Assembly: GCA_963741945.1 (NCBI GenBank)
Contig: CAVUKA010000005.1
Span: forward strand, 1 to 64,000
Length of the DNA: 64,000 nt
Direction: 5' to 3'
Origin: an uncultured Gemmatimonadales bacterium
GTDB taxonomy: Bacteria; Gemmatimonadota; Gemmatimonadetes; Longimicrobiales; RSA9
Part shown: piece by piece, positions 40,825 to 49,581 of the stretch
How the letters are laid out: every line of letters starts with the position of its first letter
How positions within the stretch are numbered: the first letter of the stretch is position 1
Notes under the pieces: generated by a model
Told to the model about the DNA's origin: nothing
Database searches by the model: none
The model's input: the letters and a program-made list of their open reading frames with translations, nothing else
Translations under genes and position numbers: made by a program

Positions 40825-41530
40825 AACGCTGGCCCGGCTCGTGGACGAGCCCGCCAGCGGCGACGAGCAGGGCCACCTTTCCGCGTGCCCGCGCTGCAGC
40901 GCGGAGCTGGCGGCGCTCCGGCAGCAGTGCGAGATGCTCGGGGCCTTGCCCGACATGATGCCGGCGCCGGACCAGTGGGGCGCGATCCGTCAGCGGCTCC
41001 GGGCCGAAGGGGTGGCGCGCACGCGCGACCGGTGGTGGCGGTCACCGGCGCTCGCCCGCGCCGCGGCTGCGGCCGCGCTTTTCGCGGGCGGTGCCGGCGC
41101 GGGGTGGATGGCGCACGCGCTGACCCCAGCGCCCCCGGCAGCGGTGTCGGCGTCAGCGGTGGCGGACGGAGCCGCGGCCCAGGGAACCGGGACCTCGCCG
41201 GCTACGGCCGCGGCCGGGCGCGACGACGACGCGGGCGGGGCCATCTCCGGCTCGACCCTTGCCGATGCCGGCTCCACCAGCGTCACCCGGGACATGGAAC
41301 AGGCCGAACAGGCGTTCCGGGCCACCCTGGACCGGTACATGGCCCAGAACTCCTCGCCGGCCGCGGATCCGGCCGCCCGGCTGGCGGCACTGGACAACAT
41401 CGTCCTCACCACGGCGGAAGCGCTGAAGGCGGCGCCGGCCGACCCGGTCATCAACGGCTACTACCTGACGGCCGTGGCGCAGCGGGACGCGGTGCTTCGC
41501 CAGATCTCGGCCGGGGAGCCGGTCTTCTGA
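40805..41530 (+). CDS. Zinc-finger (HxxxCxxC) transmembrane anti-sigma factor
   Basis: HLSACPRC followed by a TM segment; overlaps the sigma gene. Confidence 0.8.
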   Translation: MSHLTPETLARLVDEPASGDEQGHLSACPRCSAELAALRQQCEMLGALPDMMPAPDQWGAIRQRLRAEGVARTRDRWWRSPALARAAAAAALFAGGAGAGWMAHALTPAPPAAVSASAVADGAAAQGTGTSPATAAAGRDDDAGGAISGSTLADAGSTSVTRDMEQAEQAFRATLDRYMAQNSSPAADPAARLAALDNIVLTTAEALKAAPADPVINGYYLTAVAQRDAVLRQISAGEPVF

Positions 41531-42705
41531 TGCGGGCCACCGTGGCGGCTCTGCCCCGACGCCTGAGCACGCCGCCCCGCTTTGCCGGCGCCGCGCTGGT
41601 GGTGGCGCTGCTCGCGGCGGTGCCGGCGACGGCGAGGGCGCAGACCCGCGTGCCCACCGACGGGCAGCGCCCCGCATGGCTCGGCGTGGGCTACCAGCTG
41701 CGATGGCTGGAGCACGGGGACGAGTGCCGCCCGGAAGTGGTGGTCTCCTCCGTGATCCACGGCTCGCCAGCCGAGCGCGCCGGCCTGCGCGCGGGCGACG
41801 CCATCGTGGCGCTCGACGGGCAGCCGCTCGGCGCCTTCGCCATCCAGCGCATGGCGGCCGGTCTGGCCGCCGGCGACTCCGTCCGGCTCAGGCTCGCACG
41901 CGGCACGACCGTGCGGGAAGTGACCGCCGTGGCCGAGCGGCGGCCCGCCCGCGTGGTGGTGGCCCCGGGCCCCGCGGAGATCGAGGATCGTGGCGCTCCC
42001 GTCATCGAGCTCCGCGGCGACTCCCTGGTCGCGACCAACGTGGAGCCGGAGCGGAGCTGGAACGGCCCGTTCCCCCCGGGCTACTGGGTGGACTACGGCG
42101 GCGGCCGCGCCGAGTTCAGGCGGCTCTCGTCCTGGGCCCTCACGCCCCTGGACGACCGCGTGGTGAACCTGGTCCAGTGCGCCCGCACGGCCCGTCTGCG
42201 GGCCGAGGCGCTCCCCCTCCCGTCGCCGCCCGCCGCCATCCATGCCCGGGCCGAGAGCCTGCGCGTCGCCCTCGCCCGGCGGGCGCTGGAGCCGCACAGC
42301 GCACCGCCCGGGCCCGACAACTTCCGCTACCTGCCGGCCCCGCTGCCACCCGCGGCCGAGGCCGGGGAGCCCGCGCCGCCACCCGCGCTCTTCTTCTCCG
42401 TCGAAGAGCACGTGGCGGTCGGCATGCGTGCCGTGGCAGGCGCCGAGCTGACCACCCTCGAGCCGGAGCTCGCCGACTACTTCCCGGGCGCCGGGGACGG
42501 CCTGCTCGTCCTTCGCGTCGCACCAGGCAGCCCGGCCGAGGCGGCCGGCCTCCGCCCGGGCGACGTGATCACGGGCGGAAACGGTCGGAACGTGGCGTCG
42601 GTCGACGCGCTCCGCTCTCTGCTCTCCCGCCGCAACGGCGACACCGTGACGCTGCGCGTGGTCCGGCACGGACAGGCGCAGACCGTCACCATCCGGCGCC
42701 GATGA
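41530..42705 (+). CDS. Secreted protein with two PDZ domains
   Basis: Signal peptide ending ARA-Q; WLGV...GSPAERAGLRAGDAI and GSPAEAAGLRPGDVI. Confidence 0.82.
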   Translation: MRATVAALPRRLSTPPRFAGAALVVALLAAVPATARAQTRVPTDGQRPAWLGVGYQLRWLEHGDECRPEVVVSSVIHGSPAERAGLRAGDAIVALDGQPLGAFAIQRMAAGLAAGDSVRLRLARGTTVREVTAVAERRPARVVVAPGPAEIEDRGAPVIELRGDSLVATNVEPERSWNGPFPPGYWVDYGGGRAEFRRLSSWALTPLDDRVVNLVQCARTARLRAEALPLPSPPAAIHARAESLRVALARRALEPHSAPPGPDNFRYLPAPLPPAAEAGEPAPPPALFFSVEEHVAVGMRAVAGAELTTLEPELADYFPGAGDGLLVLRVAPGSPAEAAGLRPGDVITGGNGRNVASVDALRSLLSRRNGDTVTLRVVRHGQAQTVTIRRR

Positions 42706-44008
42706 TCCGGTCCGCAGCGGCCAGGCCGGAGCGGACCGCGCCCTCAACGGTGGGCGACACCAGGTAGTCGCCCGCCAGCGCCATCCTCGCCGGCCAGCGG
42801 GCGGGGTCCTGGGACCGCAGCCGCTGGAAATGGCCCGGCGAGGGGACGAATGTGGACGCTGGCAGACGGACGACCCGGGCTTCGGCGACCCGGCCGCGCA
42901 CCCCCGGCACCACCTGATCCAACGCCCGCACGCCCGCCTCCACGACCGCTGCCGCATCAAGCGTCGCCCACCGCTCTCCCTCTTCCGGCGCCGGCACCAG
43001 CACCACGCTCCCACCGCCCCGCCCCACCACGCCCGTTTCCTTCTCCGCCTGCACGCATACCGCCGCCAGCGTGTCGCCCGGCGGCTCCACCCGCGGGATC
43101 GACAGGCCGAACCACCCCGTGCGCACGGACGATTCCAGCGCCAGCACCAGTGTGGCCGTGGAGCGCGTCTTCACCGACGCGAGCCATGGCACCTGCGGCA
43201 CCAGCTCCGCGGCCGACGACGGAGGCACCGCCACCACCACGGCGTCGTGCCACTCCCGCGCGCCGCCGGCATGCACGCTCACACCTTCCTCCCCCGGCTC
43301 CAGCCCGTCCACCGGACGGTCCACCATCACACTCACACCCCGCGACCGGAGCGCGGCCGCCAGACCCGATGAGAGCGCGCCCACTCCGCCCCGCACCCCG
43401 AGCACCGTCACGCCCAGCCCGGTACGCGCCAGGGCATGGAACACCGCCGCGCTCGTCTCTTCCGGCGTGACCCCGTAGTAGGCCGCCAGCAGCGGGTAGG
43501 CCATCAGCTCCACGAACTCCTCCCCCACCTCCCGCGCACCCCATGACGCGATGCTCTCCCCATCCAGCTCCGCAGACGCCGCCGTCAGGTCGTTCAGGTC
43601 CAGAACCGCGGCATGCCGCTCCAGGAACGGCAGGTAGCGGAGCCCCAGACGCAGCTTCAGCCGCGTCGGCAGCGCCCCCGACGTCGCCATCCGCGCCACC
43701 GAGCCGTACCGCAGCGCATGCGCCCGCCCGTCCCGCCAGATCGCGTCCCGCCCCGGCACGCTCACCAACCGCCCACGCTCGCCCAGCGCTTCCGCCAGCT
43801 CCAGCATTCGCGTGTAGTCCGCCGACAGCAGCTGGACCACCGAGTCCGCTCCAACCCCGGCCACCTGCTCCGTCCGCAGCCGCCCGCCCGGCCGGTCCCG
43901 GCCCTCGTACACCCGCACCTCCCGACCTGCGGACCACAGCCGCCACGCGGCCGCAAGCCCCGCCGGACCCGCACCGACCACCGCTACCGAACTCCGCTCG
44001 CCTCTCAT
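42686..44008 (-). CDS. FAD-dependent oxidoreductase (protoporphyrinogen/amine oxidase family)
   Basis: VVGAGPAGLAAA, GGRLRT and LAGDY....VEGAVRSG motifs. Confidence 0.85.
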   Translation of the reverse strand: MRGERSSVAVVGAGPAGLAAAWRLWSAGREVRVYEGRDRPGGRLRTEQVAGVGADSVVQLLSADYTRMLELAEALGERGRLVSVPGRDAIWRDGRAHALRYGSVARMATSGALPTRLKLRLGLRYLPFLERHAAVLDLNDLTAASAELDGESIASWGAREVGEEFVELMAYPLLAAYYGVTPEETSAAVFHALARTGLGVTVLGVRGGVGALSSGLAAALRSRGVSVMVDRPVDGLEPGEEGVSVHAGGAREWHDAVVVAVPPSSAAELVPQVPWLASVKTRSTATLVLALESSVRTGWFGLSIPRVEPPGDTLAAVCVQAEKETGVVGRGGGSVVLVPAPEEGERWATLDAAAVVEAGVRALDQVVPGVRGRVAEARVVRLPASTFVPSPGHFQRLRSQDPARWPARMALAGDYLVSPTVEGAVRSGLAAADRIIGAGW

Positions 44009-44025
44009 GCGCCGATCATAGACGC

Positions 44026-44060
44026 AAAAAAGCCCGCAGACCACTTCGGTCCGCGGGCTT
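44026..44060 (-). terminator. Intrinsic terminator
   Basis: Minus strand AAGCCCGCGGACC-GAAGT-GGTCTGCGGGCTTTTTT. Confidence 0.8.
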
Positions 44061-44085
44061 CATCCCGCCGCCGCCGATCCGACGC

Positions 44086-44250
44086 TCAGGCCGCCGTCGG
44101 CTTCCAGCGTCCGAACGGCAGTGTCGGCTCAGGCCGGACCTTTCCGCCCCAGATGAACGCGCTGATCACCGGCTTCTGCTCCGTCTCCTCCGCCCCGCGA
44201 ATCACGATCCCCGCCGGCAGCTCCCGCTGCGCCTTCTTTGGTGCTTTCAC
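44086..44250 (-). CDS. Putative 54-aa small protein
   Basis: GAGGAG RBS before a GTG start; own terminator downstream. Confidence 0.5.
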   Translation of the reverse strand: MKAPKKAQRELPAGIVIRGAEETEQKPVISAFIWGGKVRPEPTLPFGRWKPTAA

Positions 44251-44364
44251 TTCCCCGCTCCTCACCCAGGTCCACGCCTGGCGCATCCCCGCGCCAATCC
44301 CAGGTATAGGGCAGAGTACGTACCACATGACTGCATTCCATCCATATCCTTCCAGCACAACCCC

Positions 44365-44679
44365 TTACGACGCCTGCCGCCCTCGTCCGCCCACCTCATG
44401 TGTCCCTTCCGGGGGACGGTCTGGTGTGTCGGTCTGACACGCCTTCAGCCACTGGCGGTAGCCGGGGAGCCGGAGCCGCTCGAAGATGAGCCCGTCGACG
44501 GCATCGCGGAGGAGGATCTCCGTGAGCGGGTACTGCTCGTCGGCCGTGTCGAAGAGGCCGGCCACGGCGTGGTCGGCGAGGCTGAGGAGCTCGTCGCGGG
44601 TGAGTGCGGCCTTGTACTCCTCGATCTGGTCTTCGACCCAGTCGGCGTAGGCCTGACGTGGGGAGAGGGGGGCGTCCAT
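44365..44679 (-). CDS. Hypothetical protein
   Basis: MDAPLSPRQAYADWVEDQIEEYK...; 104 aa, directly downstream of the regulator gene. Confidence 0.75.
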   Translation of the reverse strand: MDAPLSPRQAYADWVEDQIEEYKAALTRDELLSLADHAVAGLFDTADEQYPLTEILLRDAVDGLIFERLRLPGYRQWLKACQTDTPDRPPEGTHEVGGRGRQAS

Positions 44680-44681
44680 GA

Positions 44682-45257
44682 TCAGGCCTCCCCCAGGATC
44701 TGGCGGGCGATGTCGATGAGGGCGCAGCCTTCTTCGCGGGCGCGAGCGATGAGCGCGGTGGCGGACAGAGCGGGGAGCGAACCGTCCGCGGAGGCCTGGA
44801 CGGCGCGGGCGATGGTGGCGCGCTGACGGCGCCCCTCTTCGGTGCGGCGGTCGCGTTCGGGGTTTACCCGTCTCCATTGGTCGAATTGGTGGAGCGCCAA
44901 GGCGATGGCGGCTCCCAGCTCGGTCATACCGAGGGGCTTCGTGACGCGGGCGAAGATCGGGGGCGACGCGATGTCGTCGGGGAGGTCTGCCGGGTCGTAG
45001 CCGGTGAGCAGGACCACGGGTGTGGGCGCGCGGTCGAAGAGGTCGCGGGCGGCGTCGAGGCCGGAGCGGCCGGGCATGCGGAGGTCGAAGAGGGCGACAT
45101 CGACGGGGAAGCAGGCGCCGAGGGCGAACGCGTGATTTCCATCCCGTGCGGGGCCGAGGACGCGGTAATCGAGGGCAACGAGCTGCTCGCGGAGCGCCAT
45201 GCTGGTGATCGGGTCGTCCTCGGCGACGAGGACGAGGGGGCGCTCGTCCCCGCTCAT
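44682..45257 (-). CDS. Response regulator with a degenerate ANTAR-like C-terminus
   Basis: VLVAEDD, FDLRMPGRSG, LTGY and TKP receiver motifs; C-terminal TIARA...AREEG..L.DIARQIL. Confidence 0.75.
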   Translation of the reverse strand: MSGDERPLVLVAEDDPITSMALREQLVALDYRVLGPARDGNHAFALGACFPVDVALFDLRMPGRSGLDAARDLFDRAPTPVVLLTGYDPADLPDDIASPPIFARVTKPLGMTELGAAIALALHQFDQWRRVNPERDRRTEEGRRQRATIARAVQASADGSLPALSATALIARAREEGCALIDIARQILGEA

Positions 45258-46222
45258 GGGTTCATCTCCCGGTCCGCATCGCGGACCACCACGGCGTCGA
45301 AGCCTCGCCGCTTCAGCTCGGCGGTGACGGCGCGCGCCGGCTCGAGCGCGGTGAAACGTCCCACGCGGACGCGGATGAGCGAGCTGCCCGGCACCCGCAC
45401 CACGCGCGGCTGGTAGCCGGCCTCCTCGAGCCGGGCGACGAGGGCGTCCACGCTCCGCTGGTACCGGAACGCGCCGCTCTGCGCCGAGAACTGTCCGCGC
45501 TCCGGGGCTGGCGGCGTGGCGCGGCTCTGCGGAGCCGGGCGGGGTGCGGATCCACGCGGTGGGGTGGCCGCCGGTACAGTGCGAGCCGGAGTGCTGCGGG
45601 GGCGAGCGTCCCCGGCCGGCGTCGAAGCCACGGCGGCGGCAGCGCACGCGGACTCCTCCTCGGCGCGCAGCATGGCGGCCATGTCGGGGTCGCGGGCATC
45701 CTTCAGTCCGGCACGCGCGGCGGCGCAGGCGGGGCCGGCTCGGTGCAGGCGGGTCTCCGCCCGGGCGAGCCAGAGGAGGCCGGCGGTGTGCTCGGGACGG
45801 CCCGGGTAGTCGTTGTCGAGGCGTCGGAGGTAGCCCGCGGCGCGCGTGATGTCGCCGGCGTCGAGGAGCCCCTGTCCGAGGCGGAGCAACGCTTCCGCGG
45901 CGCGGCTGGACGTGGGATACCCGAGGACCACGGCCAGGTAGTCGGACTCGGCCGCTTCGAGGTCCGTGGCGAGGCGGGCGCGCAGCATGAGGCCGTGGGC
46001 GCGGTCGGAGCCCGGGATGTCGAACTCGTCGCGCGCGGACCACCAGCGCGTGAGCGTGGCGCGGGCAAGGTCGTAGCTGCCGGCGGAGACCAGGCTGTCC
46101 ACGCGGTCGAGCGTGGGCACCGGCTCCTGCGCAGCCAGCGCGGCGGGAGCGGTGATCGTCGCGGCAATGATCAGCGCGGCCGCCAGGGCGGCTGGAGCGG
46201 CGCGGGCACCGGCCCGGGCCAT
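45254..46222 (-). CDS. TPR plus SPOR domain periplasmic protein
   Basis: YP.S..A.EALLRLG TPR-like repeat; C-terminal AQSGAF...RVRVGRF SPOR domain. Confidence 0.8.
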   Translation of the reverse strand: MARAGARAAPAALAAALIIAATITAPAALAAQEPVPTLDRVDSLVSAGSYDLARATLTRWWSARDEFDIPGSDRAHGLMLRARLATDLEAAESDYLAVVLGYPTSSRAAEALLRLGQGLLDAGDITRAAGYLRRLDNDYPGRPEHTAGLLWLARAETRLHRAGPACAAARAGLKDARDPDMAAMLRAEEESACAAAAVASTPAGDARPRSTPARTVPAATPPRGSAPRPAPQSRATPPAPERGQFSAQSGAFRYQRSVDALVARLEEAGYQPRVVRVPGSSLIRVRVGRFTALEPARAVTAELKRRGFDAVVVRDADREMNP

Positions 46223-46263
46223 CCTGCCGCCCGCCCCGGTGCGGCGGTGGAATGGAGGCTGGA

Positions 46264-47283
46264 TCACGCCACCCTCCTGCCCTTCGCGGCCCGATGCTGG
46301 AGCCGCAGGAGGAGCTCTTCCATGATCTGCGCGTCGGAGAGCGGCGCGGATTTGAGAAGGCGGTCCGCGCGGTGCAGGTCCTCGAGCGCGGCCTGCAGCG
46401 CATCGGGCGTCCAGCGCCGCGCCTGGCCCGGCACGCGCTTGGCCAGCCAGCGCTGGTGCGGCGGCAGCTCGCGCTGGAGGGCGCCCGGGCCGCCGGCGAG
46501 ACAGATGGCGAGCCGGAGGAACTGGTTGGCGAGCCCGATGACGAGCCCGACTCCGTTTTCCCCCGCCTGCAGGAGCACGGGCAGACCCGCGCGGGCGTAG
46601 TCGAATCTCCGCTCGGCCACCGCATCGATCCACTGCCACCGGTCCTGCCGGGGAACGGTGCCGACCACGGCTTCCACGTCCTTGCGCACTATGCGACGGC
46701 GGTCACCCACGTACTCGCGGAGCTTCTCCAGCTCCCGGACCACCGCGGCCAGGTCGGCACCCACGGCCACAGCGGCGGCGCGGGCGGCATCGGCGTCCAG
46801 CTCGATTCCCTGTCGCTCGGCCCAGGCCATCATCCAGCCGGGCATGTCGGCGTCGGAGAGGCGCGGGAACTCGACCGCGCAGGTCTCCTTCTTGAGTCGC
46901 ATCCAGAGCTTGGCCTTGCTCGCGGAGATGTCCGCCACGAGCAGGAGCGCCAGCCCGGGCGGCGGCGAAGCGGACGCGTCTTCCAGGATCGATCGGGCCG
47001 TCGAGCTCACGGCCAGAGCCTGGGCATCGCGCACCACCACCACCCGCCACTCTGCCATCAGCGGAGGTGTCTGGATGAGCGACGCCAGCGTCTCGGGTGA
47101 AACATCGTGGCCACTGACCTCGTCGAAGTTGAAGTCACGCGTGGCGGGATCGAGATGCGCCTGGATCACCTCGCGGGCCGCCGCATCTCGCAGGTGCTCC
47201 TCTTCGCCGTGCAAGAAGAAAACGCCCCCCCGCGCTCCATCACGGAGCTGGCGGGCGAGGCGTTCGGGGCTCAGAGCCGGCAT
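46264..47283 (-). CDS. holA: DNA polymerase III delta subunit
   Basis: FFLHGEEEHL, TPPLMAEWRVVVV, RELEKL and ADRLLKS motifs. Confidence 0.9.
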   Translation of the reverse strand: MPALSPERLARQLRDGARGGVFFLHGEEEHLRDAAAREVIQAHLDPATRDFNFDEVSGHDVSPETLASLIQTPPLMAEWRVVVVRDAQALAVSSTARSILEDASASPPPGLALLLVADISASKAKLWMRLKKETCAVEFPRLSDADMPGWMMAWAERQGIELDADAARAAAVAVGADLAAVVRELEKLREYVGDRRRIVRKDVEAVVGTVPRQDRWQWIDAVAERRFDYARAGLPVLLQAGENGVGLVIGLANQFLRLAICLAGGPGALQRELPPHQRWLAKRVPGQARRWTPDALQAALEDLHRADRLLKSAPLSDAQIMEELLLRLQHRAAKGRRVA

Positions 47284-47289
47284 CTGTTT

Positions 47290-47943
47290 CTAGTCGATGG
47301 CGCGCGCGGTGGAGGCGGCGGCACCCGCCGCATGGCCCGCCGGCGGTGCGCGGTACTGCGGAGGTCCCGTGACCAGTGGAGAATACGAAGCCCGGACCGC
47401 CCGGTCCACCCTCACCGCCATCCACTGCCGGGGTGGGGCGGAAGGGACGGCCGCCACGCGGAGCCCCGCGGCGGCGACAACGCCGTGACCGGCGGCGACG
47501 CCCACAGCCTCGCCCCCGCGCGATGGCAGCGGCTCCCACGATCCCGGCACTGCACCGCCGCCGCGAGCCACGGCATCGGACGTCTTCGCCCGCCCGGCGA
47601 GGAGCGCGGCGCGCGCGATCCCTTCATCGCGCATGAGGCCCAGGCCGCCCACGGCCGCCAGGACCACCGTGGCCGCCGCGAGCATCCCGGTCACGCCCAC
47701 CCGCGCCTGCGTCCGCCGGCGACGGGCGTCGGCGAGGCGGCCATGGAGCGACGGGAAGAAGTCCCGGGATGGCTCCGGCGGCGGGAGCTGCCGCGCCAGC
47801 ATCCGGCCTTTCCGCAGGACGCGGTCGTAGCGTGCGCAGGACGCGCACACGGCGATGTGCGCCCGGAACGCGGCGTTCTCCTCCGCCGACAGGAGACTGT
47901 CGTCGTAGTCGGAGTAGCGTCGCACGAATTCGCAGCAGGTCAT
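47290..47943 (-). CDS. zf-HC2 anti-sigma factor
   Basis: MTCCEF...YDD..LS......HIAVCASC followed by a TM segment; downstream of an ECF sigma gene. Confidence 0.8.
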   Translation of the reverse strand: MTCCEFVRRYSDYDDSLLSAEENAAFRAHIAVCASCARYDRVLRKGRMLARQLPPPEPSRDFFPSLHGRLADARRRRTQARVGVTGMLAAATVVLAAVGGLGLMRDEGIARAALLAGRAKTSDAVARGGGAVPGSWEPLPSRGGEAVGVAAGHGVVAAAGLRVAAVPSAPPRQWMAVRVDRAVRASYSPLVTGPPQYRAPPAGHAAGAAASTARAID

Positions 47944-48045
47944 CCGGTCGTCTCTGAGTAGCGATCCAGGGTCGAACGGATGGTACAGCGCCGGTCTCCA
48001 GAGGGTTCCGTCCACCCTCCGCGGAGCTGCGCGCTCCATGTACGG

Positions 48046-48678
48046 CTACTCCATGTACGGCGCGATCTTCTCGGCGAACGCGTTGCGGGCGCGGTTGAGC
48101 CGGCTCTTGACGGTGCCCAGGTTCACGCCCGTGATCTCGGAGATCTCCTCGTAGCTCTTCCCCTCGAGCTCCCGGAGGACGAACACCACGCGATGATGCT
48201 CGGGCAGCTCCGCCACCACCTGCTCCACCTTCTCCCGCAGGTCCCGCTTCCGGAACAGGTCGTCCGGGCGATACCGGTTGTCCTCCCACTCCAGCGGGCG
48301 ATGGTCCGCGTCCCAGTTCTTCTTGATCGTCTGGAACAGCACCATCGGGTTCCGCGACCGGTTCCGCAGCTCGTTCTTCGCCAGGTTCCCCGCGATCGTG
48401 TACGCCCAGGTGGAGAACTTCCGGTTCTGGTCGTACCGGTGCAGGTGCCGGTACACCCGGACGAACGTCTCCTGCACCAGGTCCTCCGCCCGCTCCCGGT
48501 CCCCGATCATGCGATGGATGAAGTTCAGCAGACGCAGGTGGTAGCGGTCCGCCAGCGCCGTGAACGCTCGAGCCTCGCCGCTCAGCGTGGCCGCTGCGAG
48601 AGCGGCGTCTTCCAGCTCCGCCAGCTCCTGCCCGCGCGTCTTCCGCTCGGGCTCCGGGATCCGTAGCGCTTGTGCCAT
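48046..48678 (-). CDS. ECF sigma factor (RpoE/SigW-like)
   Basis: AEDLVQETF, FSTWAYTIAGN and SYEEISEI...LGTVKSRLNRAR motifs. Confidence 0.93.
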   Translation of the reverse strand: MAQALRIPEPERKTRGQELAELEDAALAAATLSGEARAFTALADRYHLRLLNFIHRMIGDRERAEDLVQETFVRVYRHLHRYDQNRKFSTWAYTIAGNLAKNELRNRSRNPMVLFQTIKKNWDADHRPLEWEDNRYRPDDLFRKRDLREKVEQVVAELPEHHRVVFVLRELEGKSYEEISEITGVNLGTVKSRLNRARNAFAEKIAPYME

Positions 48679-48777
48679 CCCCGCCTCCTGGTCCGCATCA
48701 CGCCCCGGACAATCTCGCCCGGCTCCGCCGCGGACGACCGCCCGCGGGCACCCCCCCACAGGGGCACACCCCGGACC

Positions 48778-48802
48778 AGACGGGCCGATGACCGGAGATT
48801 CC
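48778..48802 (-). promoter_or_regulatory. Possible ECF-type (autoregulatory) promoter
   Basis: GGAA-N17-GTCT on the minus strand, about 100 bp upstream of the sigma start codon. Confidence 0.3.
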
Positions 48803-48921
48803 TTGCGGCACAACGGGAACGGTCCGATCGACCGCGCGTCCGGGGTGCCATCGGTGTCCCCGGGAGGGGACAAGGGGAGTGGCGGGAAAAGGACAGGAGT
48901 CGGCGCGGTGACCGCCAGGCC

Positions 48922-49581
48922 TCAGCCCGGCCTGAAGCTCGCCCAGTAGAGGAGCCCGCAGATGGACTTCCCGTCCACGATGCGGCCGTCGCGGACGGCT
49001 TCGAGCGCTTCGGACGTCCGCATGCGCACGGTCTGCATGAACTCGTCGTGGTCGAAGGCCGTGGTGCCGCGGCTGAGGCGGGTCGCAAGGAAGAGGTGGA
49101 TGCGCTCGTCGGTGAAGCCCGGCGTCGTATAGATGGTGGTCAGTCTGCGGAGCGCTCCCGGGACGAAGCCGGTCTCTTCTTCCAGCTCGCGGGCGGCCAC
49201 TTCCTCCCACGGCTCCCCCGCGTGCTGCGGTCGGCCGGCGGGAATCTCGTAGATGTCGCCGCCCGCGGCGTAGCGGAACTGGCGGATGAGGACGATCTCC
49301 GGATCGTCGTCATCGGGGCTGCCGGCCAGCGGAACGACGGCGGCGGCGCCCGAGTGGCGGATGAGCTCGAGCTCGCCCGTGGACCCGTCGGGGAATCGGA
49401 CGGTGTCCAGGGCCAGGTGGACGATGCGGCCATCGTGGAGCGGCCGGGAATCGAGCTGGAACGGCTTGTCGGGCCCGAGCCGCGCGGCGACGCTCGCGTC
49501 CACCAGCTGCGGCGGCCGCTCCGGGGCCGGGCCACCGCGGCTCTCCGGGCCCTCCGGACCGGTGTCGGCCGGACGGCTCAT
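48922..49581 (-). CDS. Nudix hydrolase (ADP-ribose pyrophosphatase-like)
   Basis: EIPAG...A.RELEEETG Nudix box; TPGFTDE. Confidence 0.9.
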   Translation of the reverse strand: MSRPADTGPEGPESRGGPAPERPPQLVDASVAARLGPDKPFQLDSRPLHDGRIVHLALDTVRFPDGSTGELELIRHSGAAAVVPLAGSPDDDDPEIVLIRQFRYAAGGDIYEIPAGRPQHAGEPWEEVAARELEEETGFVPGALRRLTTIYTTPGFTDERIHLFLATRLSRGTTAFDHDEFMQTVRMRTSEALEAVRDGRIVDGKSICGLLYWASFRPG

